A stretch of 63,837 nucleotides of DNA, filler included, from Phoronis australis (taxonomy: Eukaryota > Animalia > Phoronida): assembly GCA_002633005.1 (NCBI GenBank). It is 10 parts of 10 records of this genome, joined end to end, with 100 filler letters (N's around TTAATTAATTAA, not from the genome) between each part and the next. Parts side by side here need not be neighbours in the genome. Positions count along the whole stretch, not along the records: positions 1 to 17,105 come from NMRA01000601.1; 9 more parts are not named here. The stretch is one strand, 5' to 3'. Below, one piece after another: positions 1 through 12,458 of this stretch. Both the position numbers and the translations under genes were made by a program. The notes beneath the pieces are model-generated. The model was not told the DNA's origin. It did no database searches and was given only the letters and a program-made list of their open reading frames with translations. The number at the start of each line of letters is the position of its first letter. Positions within the stretch are counted from its first letter, which is position 1.

Positions 1-2614
1 GTACGAGGAAGTGAAATGCGAAAGGCACAACTCGGGGTTTTTACCACGTTAGACTTAGCTGCAGCCCGAGTTCCTTTGTGCAGCAGGGCAACGTCCACTG
101 ATTTATGTTGAAGAGTAAATAAAAACATTTATAATTATTTCACACCTTCATTCTTACTGTTCAGCAAGAGTAATCGTATGAGCGCCATGTATGTTGCTCC
201 AAAAATTTCCAGTCAATCTTAACAAAAAATTAACTCTAAAAGTACAGCATCTGTTACACACCTCATTATTAGTAGACATATTTTTTCATATAATTCAAAA
301 CGTACCTAGTGGTTGCAGTAGTTCATTTTACAGCGTTGATATATACACCCCAGTGCAACGCAGTGGTTTCGAAATTAGAAGTTACGTATCGACCAGGGTC
401 GGTGCCCCCCCAATAATTTTTACCTTCCTACGGGCCTGGGTTCTTGCCAAATTGCCATCGTGGGCTAGAGCAATGTCAAACCAGCAATGGCCGGTTTCTT
501 GACGAGACTATTTGCTTTCGTCTTTTGACTTTTCCCAAATGTCAGGAGTTTGACCACGAATAACGAAGTAACCGAAAGTTGTTTGTCTTTCGCGTTTCTT
601 GAAAATTTTTGTCGTCTACTTGTAGAACAGTCTACACCGATTTATGTCTTTTGACATCGGATTGTAGACAAATTTTCTGACACCCAGCCTTTTGTATGTT
701 TTTGTGACTGATTTCTGTCAAAAGTCAAAATACAAAAGCTTTTAGACTCTTTCAGAAACAGGTGCCAATTCTTTTCAAGCGGAGAAATCACTTCTGAGTT
801 AGGAGCAAGGCATGAGACCAGTTCCAAAGCCACAAATTGTAAAAATGAGGCAGGTTCATAACACAAGACACATAAAACCTTTGTGTGGTTAGAATCTATT
901 GTAACATTCCCTTGAAAAACTTCCATTGTACGGTTAGTGTTTCTTGTTAAAAGATATGTGGCATTTATCTTTCCTTACCATAAAAATAGGTTGATGACTA
1001 GAATGCACACCATCAGAGATGACTTGAACAAGTCTTTGGGCGAAACACACTGTAACAACGTTAACATTTGATTAAAACTATTTATCTTGACGCACGACTA
1101 CACAAGTGATGGTTTTTCAAGAATGTTGTGACAAAACCCTTGCATATTTTCGATAAATTTGCTCGAGCCCTTCGGATCGTGCTTACGAAAATACTCTTCA
1201 ATGATTTGACACAAAATCGCAGTATCCTCATGCTTGAACGTGCAACGGCACTGCTGTTACTTAAATAACCAAACTTCAAAAAGGCGATGAAATAGAAGTT
1301 AGGCAAGTTTCCATTGGGACCTACATGTACATGTAAGCGTAACACCGTATGTTCCAATAATTGCACATTAAGTGCCTGCAGATAGTTTGTGCGTCAAAAC
1401 CTAAAATATAATTCGGTCCTCGGAACAGTACAACAGTTATTGAATGTAATGCTAAATATTATGTCTGAATTACAAGGTGAATGAATAGCTCTCGTATGCT
1501 TTCAGAACTGACCAGCGACTTACAATGCATAAATGTCTGACAGTAGGCTAACGTCTGTGCGCAAAAGCATATCCCGCAAGCTCTCAAAGCTGGGAAACAG
1601 CTATTGAATTGAATGTGGGACGGTACGTGAACATTGTACGATATATTCCTAGAACTAAACAACGGGTACTGAATTAAAGTAACGTCTGACAGTACTTAAG
1701 TGGAGCCACAGTGGTTCTTCGGTTGACAAGATAGCAAAACGATGCTCATCGAAATTTTAAAGGATATGTGCCCCAAAATAGAATTTCAAGCAGACGCACA
1801 ACTATCACCACTTGAAAATTTTCTGCGTTACTTCTGTGAGATATGGCGTCGCCTAACTACTTTCATTTTTCGCCTTCAATATCAGGCAATCCGAGAAAAA
1901 TAGGGCTCGACTATTTATGCAAATAGATCGCCACTTGCAAACACTGCTCACGGACCTATAAACCCAGTTCACTGACTCGAAAATTCATGCAGACATTCAT
2001 AGAAAACGGGTAACCCACCCAAAAGCACGTGGACGAATTGCGAATACATCGAGCGCAAGTTCTACTGACCAGTGCCACGGCAGTGTTGTGTTTGCTGTCA
2101 GACAGTGAACTGTGTTTATTAGTGGATGTAAATCTGTGAACAGCGAATTCCTGGTGCTTAGTCCATGTTTTGTGGATACGGGAATGAGTTTTTGAGTCAA
2201 TAAAATGAATTTCCAAGTACGTGAGCCATGCTCATAAGTGAAGACCTATGTTCAGTAAGTACGTGAGCCGTATTGCTCTGGCAGCATGTACATCTTTGGG
2301 CATTGACAAAAATGAACCTGTCATACAGTAGATATACTCTTAAACTGTTCACATGATCGGTGCGTATTGGACAGTAATCAATAGAACGGAGAAGTTTTGC
2401 TCACGTTTGCATGACAAAGTTTCACGAGATGTTTAATTATCAACTTACTGAGTCTATGTGCACTTCCGTTTTCTCAAACCCTTTCTCAAACGCTTCCAGC
2501 GAATGATACAGGAAATATTTACTTTTGCATAGTTTTAAGTTTGATTTTGCTAACTGCACACGCTTATTATTATGAAAAGATATGGGATAGTGAAGTTTCT
2601 TAGTTTCAAAAAAA

Positions 2615-3897
2615 TCTCAAAGTCTGCCTTTTTCATAGGCTTAGATGCTGTTACCATGTTGCAATTTTTACAATTTGCGGAAACCATGCTTAAAGACCCA
2701 ATCACCCCCATCTTTGAAAACCATTATTTTGGTTCATGTTTTGGTGCGAACACTCTTATGTTTTCAAAGGAATGAATTAGTGTTCCTAATAATAGAAAAT
2801 AATTTCAGGTGGTCTAGTACATGTACACGTTGTACCGGCTGGCCGATAGACGGACCCTTTGAATTGATAGCCTGGGACCACTTTGTACTTTGTTGTCACT
2901 TATACCACTCTACCTCTTCAGTTAGTGTTCGTAACTCCACGTGGCAAAACGATCGACCAAGAGGACTTCATTGATGACTTCAACCGGAAGATTTATCACT
3001 AGCAGGGTCGGATCCAGGATTTTGATTTAGGGGGGGCCAGGGCAGAATATTATCCACGACTCTTTCCGTCAGACATTCGCATCCCCAGAGTGCCAAAAGG
3101 AGTCTGGGAGAATTGTAGGGGGGCATGTCCCCCTCTAAATCCGCCACTGACTATAATCTTGATTTATTCCAATTTTGCCATTTCGCCTTGCCCTATAATT
3201 AGCACTACATGGGTCTCTCTGTTAAAAGTTTGATGAAACAAAATTCCAGCGTTGTNTCTCAAAGTCTGCCTTTTTCATAGGCTTAGATGCTGTTACCATG
3301 TTGCAATTTTTACAATTTGCGGAAACCATGCTTAAAGACCCAATCACCCCCATCTTTGAAAACCATTATTTTGGTTTATGTTTTGGTGCGAACACTCTTA
3401 TGTTTTCAAAGGAATGAATTAGTGTTCCTAATAATAGAAAATAATTTCAGGTGGTCTAGTACATGTACACGTTGTACCGGCTGGCCGATAGACGGGCCCT
3501 TTGAATTGATAGCCTGGGACCACTTTGTACTTTGTTGTCACTTATACCACTCTACCTCTTCAGTTAGTGTTCGTAACTCCACGTGGCAAAACAATCGACC
3601 AAAAGGACTTCATTGATGACTTCAACCGGAAGATTTATCACTAGCAGGGTCGGATCCAGGATTTTGATTTAGGGGGGCCAGAGCAGAATATTATCCACGA
3701 CTCTTTCCGTCAGACATTCGCATCCCCAGAGTGCCAAAAGGAATCTGGGAGAATTGTAGGGGGGCATGTCCCCCTCTAAATCCGCCACTGACTATAATCT
3801 TGATTTATTCCAATTTTGACATTTCGCCTTGCCCTATAATTAGCACTACATGGGTCTCTCTGTTAAAAGTTTGATGAAACAAAATTCCAGCGTTGTA
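2615..3897. repeat. 641-bp direct duplication separated by a single n (probable uncollapsed haplotype/assembly overlap)
   Basis: 2615-3255 repeats at 3257-3897 with a few SNPs; n at 3256; only one copy in unit B. Confidence 0.85.
3003..3149. mobile_element. hAT-like MITE (CAG(G/T)GGCGGAT-type termini); copies at ~3645-3790 and ~11281-11427
   Basis: Ends cagggtcggatcc ... aaatccgccactg; flanks actag/actat (4 of 5 match). Confidence 0.6.
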
Positions 3898-4183
3898 ACA
3901 TTTCTTTTAACATGAAGAAACATTACTTAACTGTAGTATTTCTCTTTTTCTAAAGAATGCATATTTGTTCTGTCCTGAATATAAAATCTTCAGCATTGGT
4001 ACATCGATCTTTCTTTGTGAATTCATTTAAAAATTACGTCTCTACGCTTGGAAACGGATGCAATTATGGTAATTACAGTATGGCAGAAATAGGCAGCTCT
4101 GTTGAAAACACTGATAAAAGTACAACAAAAGAAATGATTAAATGAGTTCCATGAGTTGCTGTGTGGACTTTATTAGATATCTG

Positions 4184-4818
4184 TGTCGCGTTTTCCCCGT
4201 GTGTGGGTGGGTGCAGGTGGTTACCAACCGGTACTACTGGCTTTAGGTGCGACGATAGACTGAAGACTCACGTTCGAGTTAATAACTTTCACAAGCCCTA
4301 CTCAAACAAAGCGTCCGACGTCTGTTCTACGCTCCAGCCAGTGCTGCGAAGCCTTGACTCGGGATGAACTTCCGAGTCACTTTCAGCAACTATTACACCC
4401 CATGATTCAAATAACCTGCTGTCTTTGTAGCTGCGGCTCTCTGTTGACTATCGCCGTAACTGCTAATTCTCTTCAGTGCAACTCAACTATAATCCTCCCA
4501 ACTGTTTAATTGGTTAACTGCTTGTCCCAAACCCGTGCCTGGGTCTTTATAGACTCATGCAATGTTCTAGAACTTTTCACCAGTTCAAGCACATTCTAGA
4601 ACTTTCAGGAATCTACCCAATCTTTCTACAATCATATACTAGTCTCTAGATTGTCGCAGATTACATTAATCACTTACACGCTAGAGTCTTCAAGAATGTT
4701 CCACACTATTCTGCAGTAAACAAATTACATCATCACTGTGCTGACCTCAGGGATCATGCCAATCAATAACACAAACAGAACAACAAAACTAAGAACAGTG
4801 TCAGTCTATATTCTGACA
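4184..4818 (-). mobile_element. Solo LTR (probably Gypsy-type)
   Basis: TGTC...GACA termini; flanks ATCTG/ATCTT (imperfect 5-bp TSD); minus-strand TATA-like gagtctataaagaccc; repeated ttctagaac motifs. Confidence 0.65.
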
Positions 4819-5596
4819 ATCTTGCAATTTGGAAAAATATATGCCTTTATTTGTAATGTTACATTTTAAGCTTATTTCTAGTGCTGCTTCAGCAATATGA
4901 CTATTACCGTGGTGTCCCGTTTATGTTAATAAAAGTTCTGCGTAAAAATTACGGCTTTAGAGGGCATTCTTAAGACTCATAAAATGTCTAAAATGTCCAT
5001 TCTCAGTAAAAAATTAGGGCTCTAGAGGGGGTTCATGCCACTCATAAAATTTCCGCAAAAAGCATCGGCTTCTATGAACCAGATTTGACACTATTGTAAC
5101 TGTTCAATAGATGTCAACTGAATGTGGCAGAGAATGTTGTGGAAATTTTGTATATTCGAAATATGATACGACATACTTGAAAATTCTTAGCATGCCTTGT
5201 GTTTGAGAGCAAGAGTACATTACTGTGTTGATGTCACATGACAGAAATGACGGTCATAAAGCAACATTTTCTTGTAGCAAGGCAATCTGCCTTTGAAAAT
5301 GGAAAACGACGACAATTTTCGTAATTATTATTTTTGTGCGAAATAGGTGAGAAATTACCGTAGTTATCTCTATCAAGACTGCCCTGGTAGAGTTCAGAAA
5401 CCCTAGCACCTAGTTGTAAAGCAGGACTTTGCGAGGTTACGTAAGAAATTGCCGTGTATCTTAGATGAGAACAAGTGATTTTGGCTTAGGTTTTCGCGAG
5501 GGCCTATAGTGTTACTGAACTCATACCTCTCTCGTTGGGTAACAGAAGTTGACCTTCAACTACGTACACGGCTTCCTTAGTTGCAAAATAATGAAA

Positions 5597-5717
5597 CTGT
5601 AGTATTGGTGCCGCCGCTGTAGTATTGGTGCCGCCGCTGTAGTATTGGTGCCGCCGCTGTAGTATTGGTGCCGCCGCTGTAGTATTGGTGCCGCCGCTGT
5701 AGTATTGGTGCCGCTGT
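5597..5717. repeat. 20-bp minisatellite (CTGTAGTATTGGTGCCGCCG) x~6
   Basis: Five perfect 20-nt units plus a truncated sixth; identical array at 13237-13357. Confidence 0.97.
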
Positions 5718-7124
5718 TCAGTCAATACTTTCAATGACTTGTCTGGCTACATTTTAAAGTACGGACGCAACAATATTCTCACGGCCAAAAAGCTGTCTCA
5801 GAAATGAATATAGTATTTAAATAATATATAAATACTTTCTGGAATAAATTCTGCAATATTTTGGAGATCGAAAATTTCGCTTTTGTACATTTAAGCGACC
5901 GATTTTTGACTCTCATGCTTTCTAGTTTGATTGTATTTGTGTACACAAAGTGGTGAAAACATTTGCTTCAACGAATCTACCGCTTGGGTTAGCGCCCAGT
6001 TTTTAAAAGCCTCATGTTCTACTAACGCGACTCCTGTTTTTTAATTTTTCTATTGAAAAGGTAATAACCCACAGTCTGTGAAAAAGACAATTTTTAAATA
6101 TCTATTTGCTTTTTGTATAGTTGCATACATACAATAAACAAGTCTTGATCTGGGTTTAAACCTGAACCGAGAAAACTATTTATGGATTAGGTCTAAGAAA
6201 GTTTGTAATACTGCTTTAATCGTACATTTTAATAATCATGTGTCGGTATACAATAATAAATTTGTTATTTTAAAATGTCAAAGAAGTGAAATACAACTTT
6301 ATATGTTAGCAAATTAATCAATTATCTATTCCTATATCTGTGGAAGCTTGCCCTGGCGAGGCAGTTAAATCCTTCATCGTTTCATTTACGTCCATGTACC
6401 GTTGACAATAAACTATCCTCATGGTGACAAGATCTGGACCTCGAATTATAATGGTCTATAACACAACTGAGGTACATTGACGGAAAACTGTACACCCAAC
6501 GGCTTATTGAATTTCACTGAGGGTACTTCTCTCAGAGTTTTTTACCTTGCATGTATTCCTGGCCTTGTATGTATCTTGCTCCGATGGTATTTTTGGAAGG
6601 TCAACGAAGTGGTGTTGTATCGGATGCGTTGTTTTATCATCATACGGCATTGTTTCGGTCGCATACCCTTTTCCCAATGCGAGAGGCCCCTGGGTTGGGT
6701 CTACCAGTTGCAAGTTGACAAACAGAACCGAATCGAGTTTAATTTAAAGCGGCAACAAACTGGCGATAGAAACTATCACTTCAGTGATTTAGCCCACTTA
6801 TCGCTAAAATTGGTCTCAACTTGTAACTCAATATGAAGTGATTTTCGGTCGTACAAATATCTAATAAGTAACTGTTCAATCTATTGCGTGAGATCATGCT
6901 CGCGGCTAACAAAATGCGTGAAAAGTCAACGTGTACAGTCGGCCTAGACTCTTGAAAGCAACAGTGACGAACCCAAAAAATAGACCTGTTTTGACGAAGG
7001 AAATTTTTAGACCAACTTGATAACGATAGGTGATTTATGTAAAAAACTACGTTTTGTGACGGAAGACGGATCGAATTGTAATCTTATTTGAATAAACATT
7101 TTCTCAAAAATTTCGCGTATCGTT

Positions 7125-7910
7125 TCAAGCAAACCAACATTTCCACTTGTATGGTACTACATAATTCCACGACAAAGGATACCTCATTTTTAAGAACTTT
7201 ACATACTTGTGTGGAACATTTACCCTTGTGTCAAAAAACTGCACGTGCTGAAGAGGAAATACCATAGAGTATTTTAACATTGTTCCACCAAGAACCTGTA
7301 AAAGAAATAATCGAGTTTTCGGAATCACATTGATATGGTCCCGAACTTCTGGACTCGGCATATACTGGCATAATCTGTCACCACGACATTTCCTCCAGAA
7401 GAACATATCCATATTTACTGTAACGGATTCGGTTTCTGTTCTTATTGAATACGACGCTCCTCGATAGTTTGCCCTGATTCCGTATTTGGCCAATTCGTCC
7501 CTAAATTGCATTTGAAACACCGTTTCCTCTTCGTCTGTGCCTCCTAAGCGGCTGAAATCAACATCACCGTCGTGTCGAATTATGTCTCTGATTCTGTAAT
7601 AGCCTAGCAGGCTGCCATAGTCCAACCAATAACTCTGGTTTAAAGAATTTAAGACTTCGGATACTGCCTTCAGAACAAAACGCATTTTCATCATTTTTAA
7701 GTCGCTCAGCACACAGTCGTCGTGGTAATAATGGAAACCAAACGGCATTACTGTCGCGTGCAGAATGAACATGAATACGGCACTAAGTATTGGAAAAACC
7801 AAACATATTTTTCCGTGGCGAAATCGCAACTTTCTAACTGCGTTCATCTTCCACTTGTTATGAAATGGTTGCAAATAATCAAAGCGTTCAGAGATAAACG
7901 ACAAAAACAT
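7125..7910 (-). CDS. LicD-family (fukutin/FKRP-related) nucleotidyltransferase-fold protein, type II membrane, copy 1
   Basis: Intronless 261-aa ORF (conserved Met probably at 7847). Basic N-tail then TM (ICLVFPILSAVFMFILHA), LicD motif YWLDYGSLLGYYR..DIIRHDGDVD and C-terminal VFPL..V.F....VNVP.....FLKMRY. Confidence 0.85.
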   Translation of the reverse strand: MFLSFISERFDYLQPFHNKWKMNAVRKLRFRHGKICLVFPILSAVFMFILHATVMPFGFHYYHDDCVLSDLKMMKMRFVLKAVSEVLNSLNQSYWLDYGSLLGYYRIRDIIRHDGDVDFSRLGGTDEEETVFQMQFRDELAKYGIRANYRGASYSIRTETESVTVNMDMFFWRKCRGDRLCQYMPSPEVRDHINVIPKTRLFLLQVLGGTMLKYSMVFPLQHVQFFDTRVNVPHKYVKFLKMRYPLSWNYVVPYKWKCWFA

Positions 7911-8557
7911 CGGTTCAAAGTTTATTCGCAGCGCGTGAACTTGGAATCCTGCTTAACCTCAAGATTACGTATGTGTGGACTTGGTCACGAATCTTGATTT
8001 GGGCAATCACGTGAAAAATTTTGTTCAGTGTAAAGCATTTTTGTAATTATTGGCCTCATGACCACCCATTTTCCCCTTTCGTAACTTGTGACTAAGAATC
8101 GAATTAATATGTAAATGGTTGAATTAATTATTGTTTGGTGAATAAGACTGACAATAGTTGAAAAAAGATTGGTTAAAATTTGTGTCCTTTGATTAAAGTG
8201 TAATTTGATTTAAGTGCTGTGCACATTTGAACGTGATTATTTGAGTGAACTTGTCAAGTTTTCTCATGCATTTCAAATTCACGGATACGCGCTCTTGAGG
8301 TTAAGCAGCATTCCAAGTTCACGCACCGCACGGCTGTGACTAAAAAGTGTAATTTTGGAGCGGCAGGCTCTGTTGTACGTGCCAATGGTTGATCCTGTTC
8401 GATAGCAGCAGAGGCTGCCCTCTGACGCATGTTTTTTTTTTATTTTTATCATTATCGATGTCATTGTTTAATCAAATGATATAAACGACTATTGCGGACT
8501 CGAACTTCCTCAGAGTCTTGTCGTACACTCAAAAAGACATGCTTGGTATATGTGGTT

Positions 8558-8759
8558 CATGCGCGCACCCAGCCTTCGATATGGGAGGGCTCGAATTCCC
8601 GACGTTGTGGACCATTTGCTAACAAAAGAGCGGGCGGACTAAAATATTTAGTGGACTTTTGTCCCATTTTCTCGGACTTTTTGTCTCTCGGGGGCGGACT
8701 TTTTTGCCCACTTCACCAATTGGGGGGGNNNNNCCCCCCCCCCCCTGGGTGCGCGCATG
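8558..8759. mobile_element. MITE with 15-bp TIR CATGCGCGCACCCAG
   Basis: Perfect TIRs; flanks TGGTT/TGGGT; second family member in inverted orientation at 28080-28331. Confidence 0.85.
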
Positions 8760-9024
8760 TGGGTGGGTTGGAGGAGAATGCAGAGCAGCTGTTTGGACTA
8801 TGGACTGTGAGTTGCGTGACCCAAGTTTGCATCCAGACTACAAGCACTGTTCTTATTGGGCCGTTCTAGCAGAACGGACTAAGCTGAGACAAATGTTAAA
8901 AGTTTCGTAAGTTTCAAAATAAAAGTTAAATTTGTCTCAAAACCAATATAAAAAAGATTTTAAGTTGATTAAGTATTTGGCATAAGTTTTGTCTTAATTT
9001 TGACTAATTTATCGAATGTGGAAG

Positions 9025-9259
9025 CAAAGGTGGATCTACAGGGGGGGTTCAGGGGGTTTAAACCCCCCCCTCGGGACAGGATCAAAAATAAAAACTGGAA
9101 AAAATCGCCTGTAAAACGAAATTAGCTACTAAAAATCCAAAAAAATCTTACACGGGAGGAGGGAAACCCTCTCGCGACCTTCCTTCTCCTCGGCGTTACG
9201 CGCCTCGGATTCTTTCGAATCCTAAACCCCCCCTTACTGAAATCGTAGATCTGCCACTG
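9025..9259. mobile_element. hAT-like MITE with 5-bp TSD, nested in an older TIR element (~8858-9345)
   Basis: caaaggtggatctac ... gtagatctgccactg; TSD GGAAG at 9020-9024 and 9260-9264; relatives at 45137-45350 and 54190. Confidence 0.8.
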
Positions 9260-9943
9260 GGAAGTTTCAAACTTTCGAAGTTAAGACAAATCTGTAACTT
9301 AAGTCAAAAATGAAATTACTGAAGTCAGTTTCTTCGAACAAGCTCATGCTCTCGCCTTCGGGTGCTTAGCCTTACTTAGGTGTGTGGAGGGGGATGTGAG
9401 TTTCATGTAAACCGGTGCCCGATACCGCCGGGACTACCTTCATGAGCATTTAAAAACATGAACGCAAGTTTTGTGAAAAACATTGCCCATTGTACTAGTT
9501 TGGTGGAAGTCTCTGCATGTTGACAGCTTCAAACGTTTGCTGCTTTGCAAGTAATGCTCATTTGCATGTTTCAAAGAAGCTATCCCGTTCAGCAACGATA
9601 GGACCTCGCTAAAAAGCCAGACTTCGCGACATTACGAGAGATATTGCCGTGTATTTTAAATGAGAACACGTGACGTTGGCTAGATTCTAGCTAGGTCCTG
9701 GCGTAGGTCCTGGCGTTACTGAACGCACACTCGCATTCCTTACTGAGAAGGGAAGTGCTCAATCCGTAAACTGACACGTTGTTACCAAGGAGTGTGAATG
9801 GAATATGTACTAGACTTTTTGCTGTGACCAGCCAACTTGTAGAGCCTGGTGTCAACTAAAATTAAATGGGTTTTTTTAAGGCCTGAAATTCGGCACCTAA
9901 TTTTACGTAAGGAACAGGTTGCGATCAATTTCGTAACCGTAAG

Positions 9944-9982
9944 CTCAGATAGACTAAACAACTGTTGTTTTATATATCTGAG
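9944..9982. mobile_element. 39-bp palindromic micro-MITE with 7-bp TSD
   Basis: CTCAGATA...TATCTGAG terminal inverted repeat; CCGTAAG at 9937-9943 and 9983-9989. Confidence 0.7.
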
Positions 9983-11823
9983 CCGTAAGCGATCTCATTA
10001 AAAGTTAGCTTTCGTGATGGAACATGATTTTATTGTAACTTTAAATATAGTTAAGTCAGTTGGAGATAGTGGTACATGTACCTGTCAACTTGAATTTTGG
10101 GTTAAAATGTTTTGTTTTTCGATGAATTGCGTTTTCAGTTCGTATGGGAGGGGTCATCCTAGTGTCCCACGATGAGCCGTTGATCCGCGTTGTGTGCAAA
10201 GAACTGTGGGTATTTAGCGGAGGCACGATAGCAGCACTGAACGGGGGTTTCGTAGAGCAGGAGCTGGCGGCAGAAAGTTGATTGGACTCAAGTCACGTGA
10301 TTGTGTAGTGTTATTTTTGATGCCAATCAGCGATATTTTGAAAAATCTCCAATTTCGCATAACTTTAGAACATTAAATCTGAAATAGGTGATCAGATTCA
10401 AATGAAACTGTAAATTCTTCACTGTACTGTTCTTGAAAAACGCCGTTGGACTTGTTTTCAAAAGTTTCCGCTTTGGCATGGGGAGCTATCAAATGTTGGG
10501 ACTGTAAGGGTTTTTGTGAAAGAGTTTGAAAGTCACATAAAATAGAAACGAAATGCTAATTTAAAAAACTGTAACAACGTTTTTGATATTTCCTCTTGAA
10601 AATTTATATCAAACCAAATTTGGTCTTGTAGTAGATGCCATTGTTTGTCTATGAATAACTTCTGTTTTGCTGCACTGAATTTTAATAAAACGACGGGGCA
10701 CATTACGCAGTTATTGGAAGGTTGGTATAAAGACAAGAATCAAGTTCTATAGACTTAATACTTTCAGGAAATATTTACTTTTGCATAGTTTTAAGTTTGA
10801 TTTTGCTAACTGCACACGCTTATTATTATGAAAAGATATGTGATAGTGAAGTTTCTTAGTTTCAAAAAAATCTCAAAGTCTGCCTTTTTCATAGGCTTAG
10901 ATGCTGTTACCATGTTGCAATTTTTACAATTTGCGGAAACCATGCTGAAAATAAAATAATTTTTCTTTAAAGACCCAATCACCCCCATCTTTGAAAACCA
11001 TTATTTTGGTTCATGTTTTGGTGCGAACACTCTTTTGTTTTCAAAGGAATGAATTAGTGTTCCTAATAATAGAAAATAATTTCAGGTGGTCTAGTACATG
11101 CACACGTTGTACCGACTGGCCGATAGACGGGCCCTTTGAATTGATCGCCTGGGACCACTTTGTACTTTGTTGTCACTTGTACCACTCCACCTCTTCAGTT
11201 AGTGTTCGTAACTACACGTGGCAAAACGATCGACCAAGAGGACTTCACTGATGACTTCAACCGGAAGAATTTATCACTAGCAGGGTCGGATTCAGGATTT
11301 TGATTTAGGGGGGCCAGGGCAGAATATTATCCACGATTCTTTCCGTCAGACATTCGCATCCCCAGAGTGCCAAAAGGAATCTGGGAGAATTTTAGGGGGG
11401 CATGCCCCCCCTCTAAATCCGCCACTGACTATAATCTTGATTTATTCCAATTTTGCCATTTCGCCTTGCCCTATTATTAGCATTGCATGGGTCTCTCTGT
11501 TAAAAGTTTGATGAAACAAAATTGCAGCGTTGTAACATTTCTTTTACCATGAAGAAACATTACTTAACTGTAGTATTTCTCTTTTTCTAAAGAATGCTTA
11601 TTTGTTCTGTCCTGAATATAAAATCTCCAGCATTGGTACATCGATCTTTCTTTGTGAATTCATTTAAAAATTACGTCTCTACGCTTGGAAACGGATGCAA
11701 TTATGGTAATTACAGTATGGCAGAAATAGGCAGCTCTGTTGAAAACAGTCTGATAAAAGTACAACAAAAAGACATGATTAAATGAGTTCCATGAGTTGCT
11801 GTGTGGACTTTATTAGATATCTA

Positions 11824-12458
11824 TGTCGCGTTTTCCCCGTGTGTGGGTGGGTGCAGGTGGTTACCAACCGGTACTACTGGCTTTAGGTGCGACGATAGAC
11901 TGAAGACTCACGTTCGAGTTAATAACTTTCACAAGCCCTACTCAAACAAAGCGTCCGACGTCTGTTCTACGCTCCAGCCAGTGCTGCGAAGCCTTGACTC
12001 GGGATGAACTTCCGAGTCACTTTCAGCAACTATTACACCCCATGATTCAAATAACCTGCTGTCTTTGTAGCTGCGGCTCTCTGTTGACTATCGCCGTAAC
12101 TGCTAATTCTCTTCAGTGCAACTCAACTATAATCCTCCCAACTGTTTAATTGGTTAACTGCTTGTCCCAAACCCGTGCCTGGGTCTTTATAGACTCATGC
12201 AATGTTCTAGAACTTTTCACCAGTTCAAGCACATTCTAGAACTTTCAGGAATCTACCCAATCTTTCTACAATCATATACTAGTCTCTAGATTGTCGCAGA
12301 TTACATTAATCACTTACACGCTAGAGTCTTCAAGAATGTTCCACACTATTCTGCAGTAAACAAATTACATCATCACTGTGCTGACCTCAGGGATCATGCC
12401 AATCAATAACACAAACAGAACAACAAAACTAAGAACAGTGTCAGTCTATATTCTGACA
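11824..12458 (-). mobile_element. Solo LTR, duplicate of 4184-4818
   Basis: Same sequence; flanks ATCTA/ATCTT. Confidence 0.65.

Larger units (their letters stand above)
2509..8335. repeat. Segmental duplication unit A (paralogous to 10765-15900)
   Basis: Colinear near-identical sequence at offset 7640 (e.g. 4141 aatgagttccatgagttgct = 11781). Includes MITE, solo LTR, minisatellite and LicD gene. Right boundary approximate. Confidence 0.95.

Noticed and set aside
2645-4367. Repeated ORFs (109 aa, 62 aa, 68 aa and copies near 10991-12007)
   Set aside because: They recur only because of duplication, overlap repeat or LTR sequence and show no recognisable domains.
5597-5717. CRISPR-like repeat or repeat-protein ORF (5504-5734, 13144-13374)
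   Set aside because: Units are contiguous with no spacers, there are no cas genes, the context is eukaryotic, and the 20-nt period is not a multiple of three.
11248-11275. Hammerhead ribozyme core CTGATGA plus small stem
   Set aside because: No GAAA after stem II, and the paralogous copies read TTGATGA.
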